From positions 2,063-66,062 of the forward strand of contig CAZEEI010000002.1 of assembly GCA_964511175.1 (NCBI GenBank): 64,000 nt of DNA, written 5' to 3'. The first letter of the stretch is position 1, and each line of letters starts with the position of its first letter. Shown piece by piece: positions 57,828 to 64,000 of the stretch. Under the pieces are notes generated by a model that ran no database searches, was not told where the DNA came from, and worked only from the letters and a program-made list of their open reading frames with translations. The position numbers were made by a program, and so were the translations under genes. This DNA is from an uncultured Pseudomonadales bacterium. Its GTDB lineage: Bacteria; Patescibacteriota; Microgenomatia; UBA1400; UBA1396.

Positions 57828-59236
57828 AATATACCCCCGTTATTGGTCTAGAAATCCACGTCGAATTAAATACTAATTCTAAAATGTTTTGTGGTTGTCC
57901 CGCCAATCATTTTGGTGTTGCGCCTAATACGCAAACTTGTCCGGTTTGTTATGGTTTGCCGGGCGCTCTACCGGTAGCCAACCTGGAAGGTATCCGCCGC
58001 ACGATTAAAATTGGTTTGGCGGTAGGGGCTAGCATTACCCGCCACAGCAAGTTTGACCGGAAAAATTATTTCTATCCCGATTTGCCCAAAGGCTACCAGA
58101 TTTCCCAATATGACCAGCCGCTTGGTGTTGGCGGCCAAGTGGAAACTAGTGCTGGAGTAGTGCGTCTGGAACGGGTCCATCTGGAGGAAGACACTGCCAA
58201 ATTACAGCACGTTACCCTAACACCTGACGAAATGAAGTTGGCTGGTGTCGAGCACAGTGACGTATCCTTTGTCGACTTCAACCGTTCCGGCGTGCCGCTG
58301 GTGGAAATTGTCACTAAGCCAGATATTCATTCCGGCGAACAGGCACGCGAGTATGGCAAAAACTTAGTGCAGATTTTACGTTACCTCAATGTGTCGGATT
58401 GCGACATGGAAAAGGGGTCGCTGCGTTTGGAAGCGAATATTTCGGTTCAAACCGAAGCCGAACAGGCGGCCGATCAACTGCCGGCCTACAAAGTAGAAGT
58501 GAAAAACCTCAACTCTTTTCGTTTTTTGGAACGGGCAATTAATTACGAAATTGCCCGCCACACGGAAATGCGTGACCGTGGGGAGCTGCCCAAACAGGAG
58601 ACGCGCGGCTGGAATGACGCCAAAGGACAAACCTACAGCCAACGTTCTAAAGAAGACGCGGAAGATTACCGTTACTTTCCTGATCCGGATATTCCGCCGC
58701 TGGAACTGGCGGAAGAGTTTATTGCCGATATTGCCCAATCAATTCCGGAGTTGCCCGCGGCTAAAGTGTTACGTTGGCAACAAATATTTAATTTGAGTGA
58801 ACAAAACGCCAACGTATTAGTCGGCGATCGGGTGGTAGCCTGGGAAATTGAAACATTGTTAGCCGAAGTTAACCCCCAAAATCTATCACCCCAAAAAGTG
58901 GCCAGCGCTTTGGTTAACCATAAAGTAACAACTTGGTTGTTGGATGTTAATCGTTTGACTTCGGCTACGCAGGAGGAAAAACAAGCGGAGCGCAACGAAG
59001 TGCTAGCGGCCTGTCAAGCTCTTTATGCGGTGGCTGAAGTCGACAATAATGAATTGACCCAGATTGTGCAGGAGGTTTTGGCGGATCCGATCAACCAAGA
59101 TGCGGTGAAAAATTATAAAAATGGTAAGATACAAGTGATGGGGGTTTTTGTTGGACAGGTGATGCGAAGATTGGGAAGAAAAGTAGAGGTTACATCAGTA
59201 AGACAAAAAGTAGAAGAAAAACTAAAACAGGAATAA
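57824..59236 (+). CDS. gatB: Asp/Glu-tRNA amidotransferase subunit B
   Basis: IGLEIHVEL, FDRKNYFYPDLPKGYQISQ, EVKNLNSF, DYRYFPDPD. Confidence 0.97.
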   Translation: MKYTPVIGLEIHVELNTNSKMFCGCPANHFGVAPNTQTCPVCYGLPGALPVANLEGIRRTIKIGLAVGASITRHSKFDRKNYFYPDLPKGYQISQYDQPLGVGGQVETSAGVVRLERVHLEEDTAKLQHVTLTPDEMKLAGVEHSDVSFVDFNRSGVPLVEIVTKPDIHSGEQAREYGKNLVQILRYLNVSDCDMEKGSLRLEANISVQTEAEQAADQLPAYKVEVKNLNSFRFLERAINYEIARHTEMRDRGELPKQETRGWNDAKGQTYSQRSKEDAEDYRYFPDPDIPPLELAEEFIADIAQSIPELPAAKVLRWQQIFNLSEQNANVLVGDRVVAWEIETLLAEVNPQNLSPQKVASALVNHKVTTWLLDVNRLTSATQEEKQAERNEVLAACQALYAVAEVDNNELTQIVQEVLADPINQDAVKNYKNGKIQVMGVFVGQVMRRLGRKVEVTSVRQKVEEKLKQE

Positions 59237-59238
59237 AT

Positions 59239-61584
59239 ATGGCAGTTAGAGTTGGTGGGGAAAACGGAATTGGTGTTACTGGTGCTGGCGAAACCGCAGC
59301 AGACCAGGGAAAAGATATAATCCGTCGTAATCTGCAGTTGTTGGGTGTAGATTTAAATAATTTTATTAACGAACAAATCATTACTAAGGCCAAGGATTCT
59401 GCAAGTGTTGATCGTTTCCTAGAGCAGCTACAGCGACTAACCCCGATTTGGGCGGATATTATCAGTAAGGCAACCACACAATCATCAGTAAAAATTAGTA
59501 ACGGTTCTGATTTGGAACTTTTTGTGCAGAGGAATTTTGGCAGCGCATGGTATCAGCAATACCTCCAAATCTTCAATGACTCATTTGCTGTCGGTGAAAC
59601 AGACCGCGTTTTTAAATTGTTGGCGAGTCGGATTAAGATTTTGCGTGAACAGAGAGCAGAAAAAGCCCAACAAACAGTAGTTCAAATAGCAACCCAACAG
59701 CAAGCGGAAATGGAGAGGCAAAGTGCTATGCATATGCCTTTGCCAGAGATGCCTGCCGACTTTGTCACACAGAAGGAGTCTGATCTAATCATTCAACCTC
59801 CTGATGAAAGTGGAGAAGTTAGTGTCGATGAAGCTAACTTAGGATCAGATGATTCTAGCGAAGAGTATGGCCAAGATCTTGAGCCGGAAGCAGTTTACCA
59901 TGAGGCAACAATAGAGCCCACCGTATCACTAAGGGAGGTTACCGACGCAACACTCGATGTCTTGCGACAAAGGATTGCCTCTGCCGAGCGTATGGCCGGC
60001 GGAGTTAGGAAACGCCTAATCAACCGAGTAAAGGGGCATACTGAAACCCATCAGGCTGAGGAGATAGGTCGGTTTTCTCTCTTACCCAATGAAGCGGGAA
60101 AATATAAAAAGCAAATAGAAAGTTTTCTAGCAGGCAAATCTTTTTTGTTGGTGGAGCGCGCCGTGGAAGCAGTTATGGAGGGTGATGCGGATGAAGAAGA
60201 TGGTTTAAATTTATCCCGCGAAATTCTGTTTGTTCCCGGTAGTCAGTTAGCTAAAGATACTTATTCAGCGGATGGGGCGGGTTTTGTTCGTAATTTTACC
60301 GTAACAATCGATCCCAAAACCGATTCACGGGAGTACCAGTTGGGAAGAAATGAGGACACTTTGCGTTTTCTACCGATTGATAAAGAGAACAGTGAGTTAT
60401 TTGCTAATGAATACCGTGATCTCAAAGATAATCTTCACCTTTACACGATTTATGCTCGGGGCTTAAGGTCAGCTACTCCAGAAAGTACACAGGCACAAGT
60501 TCTCTTGGCTGGTATCAATGATTACAAGGAAGCATTACTGCCAATTGGGCAGAGATTGGATTTGGTTGAGGAAGCGCAGTGGCAAGACGCAGTTGACTAC
60601 TTTCAAAAAACTTTAGACTTAGGATCAAGAAGAGGGGGGGTTGGTTTTGGTTATTCAGCAGAGTTAAGAGCACAAGTCGAGTTCATGGCCGAAGAACTCG
60701 GTTCTTTGCAAGAAGTTGTTACTAGCAGCTTGGCGGCGCATAAATATGCCGTTACCGATAAATTTTTGAATCAACTAAATAAGTGGGAAATTCCTCTTAG
60801 TGCTCAAGACCAAGATCTACTAAATCAGCACGATAGTTTAATTGTCCGGTTAACCGAACTAAACACTGGCAACTGGAAAAGAGGTAGGAGAGATTTGTCA
60901 GCTGATCTAAATATGGTTATTAACCTTAGTCAACAGGTTCAGTCTTTGTATCAAACAATCGATGCGCGGCTGGGGGAAGCGAAACATAACTATTATGATC
61001 TTCGTATTGGTAGTGGGGCCAGGGAACGTGTTCCATTTTATTTACAAGCATTGAGTTTAGCCGAAGAAGATGATGAAGCGGGCGATTTGACGGAAACACT
61101 AATTGCTTTAGATAAAAAGTTCTACGATTTATATCAAGATTTTGGCGAAATGCTGCGAGAGTATGGGATAGAGCCGGCTCAACTGGAAGATAGAACAGAC
61201 GTTGATTCCGCTTTTGATTGGCTGACCGATTGGTTGGAACGTGCAGTGTCTTATAATGCCGCGCCAAATCCGGAAGAAGCTCGTGATGCTGTCGGAAGAA
61301 GAGAGTTGGCGGAAGCGACGGCAAATTATGATGCCATTATGGTTGAATTGGATGAGGCGCTTGCGAATCTAGAATCATGGCAAGCTGATCGGGTTAGACA
61401 ACTATTGGAGGATAATTTTGATGAGCTCTACGTTTTGGTGAAGGAAATATCGGATGAGCGTGAAGACAGGAATGGCGTTTCAGAAGTTCAGAAGGTTCGA
61501 CAAACAGCCGAGATACTTAATAATATTCTTGACCAACATCTACAATATATTTCGGAACAGGCTAAAAACGAACTAAACGGTTAA
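59239..61584 (+). CDS. Large acidic, mostly helical hypothetical protein (781 aa)
   Basis: Long ORF starting 2 nt after the gatB stop; no signal peptide or motif recognised. Confidence 0.75.
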   Translation: MAVRVGGENGIGVTGAGETAADQGKDIIRRNLQLLGVDLNNFINEQIITKAKDSASVDRFLEQLQRLTPIWADIISKATTQSSVKISNGSDLELFVQRNFGSAWYQQYLQIFNDSFAVGETDRVFKLLASRIKILREQRAEKAQQTVVQIATQQQAEMERQSAMHMPLPEMPADFVTQKESDLIIQPPDESGEVSVDEANLGSDDSSEEYGQDLEPEAVYHEATIEPTVSLREVTDATLDVLRQRIASAERMAGGVRKRLINRVKGHTETHQAEEIGRFSLLPNEAGKYKKQIESFLAGKSFLLVERAVEAVMEGDADEEDGLNLSREILFVPGSQLAKDTYSADGAGFVRNFTVTIDPKTDSREYQLGRNEDTLRFLPIDKENSELFANEYRDLKDNLHLYTIYARGLRSATPESTQAQVLLAGINDYKEALLPIGQRLDLVEEAQWQDAVDYFQKTLDLGSRRGGVGFGYSAELRAQVEFMAEELGSLQEVVTSSLAAHKYAVTDKFLNQLNKWEIPLSAQDQDLLNQHDSLIVRLTELNTGNWKRGRRDLSADLNMVINLSQQVQSLYQTIDARLGEAKHNYYDLRIGSGARERVPFYLQALSLAEEDDEAGDLTETLIALDKKFYDLYQDFGEMLREYGIEPAQLEDRTDVDSAFDWLTDWLERAVSYNAAPNPEEARDAVGRRELAEATANYDAIMVELDEALANLESWQADRVRQLLEDNFDELYVLVKEISDEREDRNGVSEVQKVRQTAEILNNILDQHLQYISEQAKNELNG

Positions 61585-61603
61585 CTTCTGTTACACTAGC
61601 CTC

Positions 61604-64000
61604 ATGTCCTTCGTCCATTTACACGTCCATACTGAGTATTCTCTTCTGGATGGCCTAAGCAAGATTCCCCAACTAATGGAACGGGCCAAACAATTCGGTC
61701 AGCCCGCTATCGCCATGACTGACCACGGCGCCATGTATGGCGCGGTGCATTTTTATAACGCGGCTTTGGCAGCCGGTATTAAACCGATTATTGGCTTAGA
61801 GGCGTACATGTCAGCCACCTCCCGCCTCAACAAGCAAGCCAAAATGGGCAGTGATGCTTTCCACCTTACACTGCTAGCCAAAAACTTTAAGGGTTACCAG
61901 AATCTCATGAAGCTTACCTCGCGGGCGCACTTGGAGGGCTTTTCCTACAAGCCGCGTATCGACGAAGAACTATTGCAGGAATATCACGAGGGGATAATTG
62001 CGACCACCGGTTGTTTGGCTAGTATTTTTTCGCAGCTAATCATGGATGGCAAGCGGGACGAGGCCAAGGCCAAAATTAAACAATATTATGAACTTTTTCA
62101 GGGCGATTTTTACATCGAAATCCAATCGCATAGTCATCTTTCCGAGGTTCAGGAAGTGGCGGCGGAAATGGTCAAATTATCCCGCGAAACCGGCGTGCCG
62201 CTGGTAGCTACCAATGATGTGCACTACGTGGATCGCGACGAAGCTGAAGCGCAGGACGCTCTGCTATGTGTGGCCACGCGCCGTTTGGTGAGTGAACACG
62301 ACCGCATGACGATGCTGGATTCGCCGGATTTTTACCTGCGCAGTACGGACGAAATGGCGCAGTTATTTGCCAAGTATCCTGACGCGCTGGAAAACACGAC
62401 TAAAATTGCGGCGCAATGTGCTGAAAAAATAATTCCCACCGGCAATTGGATTTTGCCTCATTTTAGTGTGCCGGCGGGCGAGACCGAAGATAGTTATTTA
62501 CGTAAACTAGCCTACGACCGGCTGCCGCAGGTAATAGAGTTGGTTACCCCAGAGGTGAAGCAGCGTCTCGAATATGAACTAAAAATTATCATTAGCAAGG
62601 GTTATGCTGCCTACTTTTTAATCGTGCAAGATTTTGTGCGCTGGGCTAAAGAGAACGGTATTTACGTTGGACCGGGACGTGGCTCGGCGGCGGGGTCGCT
62701 GGTGTCCTATTCCCTGGGAATTACCACCATTGATCCCTTGGAACACGATTTAAAGTTTGAACGTTTTCTCAACCCGGAGCGACCCTCGCCGCCGGATATT
62801 GATATGGACTTTGCCGATACACGTCGGGAAGAAGTGATCGAGTACGTCACGCGCAAATATGGTGTGGATCGAGTGGCCAACGTGATCACTTTTGGACGAA
62901 TGGAGGCACGAGTAGCCATTCGCGATATTGGTCGGGTATTGGGTATGCCTTACGAGGATCCAGACCGGATCGCTAAATTGATTCCGCCCATCGGTGGTCT
63001 CCAGGAAGCAATCGACAACGTGCCGGAGCTCAAACAGTATAGCCAAATGACCAAGTACCAAAGGCTATTTGAATTGGCTCTCAAAGTAGAAGGTTCGGTA
63101 CGTCATTCCAGCGTCCACGCGGCGGCGGTGGTGGTGGCGGACGACGATATCACCAACTACTGTCCTATTCAGCGCGAGAGCAAAGAAGGTAAAGTTATTA
63201 CTCAGTATGACATGTACGCTTTGGACGCCAATACTTCCGGCGACAAGGCTATCGGTCTCTTAAAATTTGATTTTTTGGGATTGCGCAACTTGTCGATTTT
63301 GGGCGAAGCTATTGCCAACGTCAAAAAAACCAAGGGTATTGCGGTCGATTTAGACCGGATTCCTATTGATGATAAGGCAGTTTTTGCCATGCTTTCCCGC
63401 GGCGACACTACTGGTGTTTTCCAATTGGAGTCAGCAGGTATGCGGCGGGTGGCGCGCCAGCTCCAACCCAACAAGTTCTCCGATATTACCGCTATGGTGG
63501 CCTTATACCGGCCGGGACCAATGGACCTGATTCCGGGCTTTATTGAAGCCAAACATCACCCGGAAAAAATCGAGTATCCTCATCCCGATTTAGAATCCAT
63601 TTTTGCGGAAACCTATGGCTACATGGTTTACCAGGAGCAGGCTATGGCGGTGGCTAACACCATGGCTGGCTATTCAGTAGGTGAAGTCGATGTTTTGCGC
63701 AAGGCCATCGGTAAGAAAAAAATTGAAATCATGCAACAGCAGCACGCCGAATTCGTGGACCGATCCGTGAAGAAGGGTTATAGCCGCAAAGTGGCTGAAC
63801 AAGTTTGGAGCTACATCGAAAAATTCGCTGGTTATGGTTTCAACAAGGCTCACTCGGCTAGTTACGCCATGGTGGCTTACCGCACGGCCTACATGAAAGT
63901 GAAGTACCCGGTGGAGTACATGTGTGCATTGGCTTCCGTAGAATCTTTATCGCACAGCCAAAAGCGGGAAGAAAAAATCATGCAGGCTGTGGAAGAATGC
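61604..64000 (+). CDS. dnaE: DNA polymerase III alpha subunit, partial (runs off window end)
   Basis: Not in ORF track. Manual translation: MSFVHLHVHTEYSLLDG, TDHG, GPGRGSAAGS, FERFLNPER..PPDIDMDF, KFDFLGL, GYGFNKAH. Confidence 0.97.
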   Translation, partial: MSFVHLHVHTEYSLLDGLSKIPQLMERAKQFGQPAIAMTDHGAMYGAVHFYNAALAAGIKPIIGLEAYMSATSRLNKQAKMGSDAFHLTLLAKNFKGYQNLMKLTSRAHLEGFSYKPRIDEELLQEYHEGIIATTGCLASIFSQLIMDGKRDEAKAKIKQYYELFQGDFYIEIQSHSHLSEVQEVAAEMVKLSRETGVPLVATNDVHYVDRDEAEAQDALLCVATRRLVSEHDRMTMLDSPDFYLRSTDEMAQLFAKYPDALENTTKIAAQCAEKIIPTGNWILPHFSVPAGETEDSYLRKLAYDRLPQVIELVTPEVKQRLEYELKIIISKGYAAYFLIVQDFVRWAKENGIYVGPGRGSAAGSLVSYSLGITTIDPLEHDLKFERFLNPERPSPPDIDMDFADTRREEVIEYVTRKYGVDRVANVITFGRMEARVAIRDIGRVLGMPYEDPDRIAKLIPPIGGLQEAIDNVPELKQYSQMTKYQRLFELALKVEGSVRHSSVHAAAVVVADDDITNYCPIQRESKEGKVITQYDMYALDANTSGDKAIGLLKFDFLGLRNLSILGEAIANVKKTKGIAVDLDRIPIDDKAVFAMLSRGDTTGVFQLESAGMRRVARQLQPNKFSDITAMVALYRPGPMDLIPGFIEAKHHPEKIEYPHPDLESIFAETYGYMVYQEQAMAVANTMAGYSVGEVDVLRKAIGKKKIEIMQQQHAEFVDRSVKKGYSRKVAEQVWSYIEKFAGYGFNKAHSASYAMVAYRTAYMKVKYPVEYMCALASVESLSHSQKREEKIMQAVEEC

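Noticed and set aside
7046-63552. Numerous antisense or overlapping ORFs in the track (e.g. 7046..7765, 7787..8353, 50776..51273, 62750..63061)
   Set aside because: Shadow frames of well-supported genes with no recognisable motifs
1-64000. CRISPR array, cas genes, transposases, reverse transcriptase, prophage genes
   Set aside because: No repeat-spacer periodicity and no diagnostic protein motifs seen by eye

Overview
Chromosomal segment of a small-genome bacterium whose gene content and style point to Patescibacteria/CPR, most like Microgenomates (inference from dense GT-C/GT2 glycosylation genes, stand-alone 5'-3' exonuclease, ClpB without N-domain, many apparently leaderless genes and interspersed ORFans). 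It carries housekeeping genes (uvrB, lexA, miaA, ftsH, clpB, fbaB, glyA, gatCAB, partial dnaE), tmRNA, four tRNAs (Ser-TGA, Gln-TTG, Thr-CGT, Asp-GTC) and a ~28 kb surface-glycosylation region. No CRISPR array, transposase or prophage was seen. Best leads: (1) a translationally coupled operon joining a 1321-aa Cys/Thr-rich secreted repeat protein to sugar-nucleotide and polyprenyl-phosphate glycosylation genes; (2) an AT-rich cassette predicted to make and transfer a CDP-6-deoxyhexofuranose; (3) a flap endonuclease ending in a beta-clamp motif next to an OB-fold/DEDD exonuclease fusion; (4) a tmRNA with a 34-residue, internally duplicated tag; (5) scattered enzyme-like ORFans that could be host-directed effectors; (6) unexplained non-coding signals, including phased TTGTACAA palindromes, an orphan tRNA 3' fragment, a REP-like triplet and an in-frame UGA. 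All calls come from reading motifs by eye; no database searches were run.
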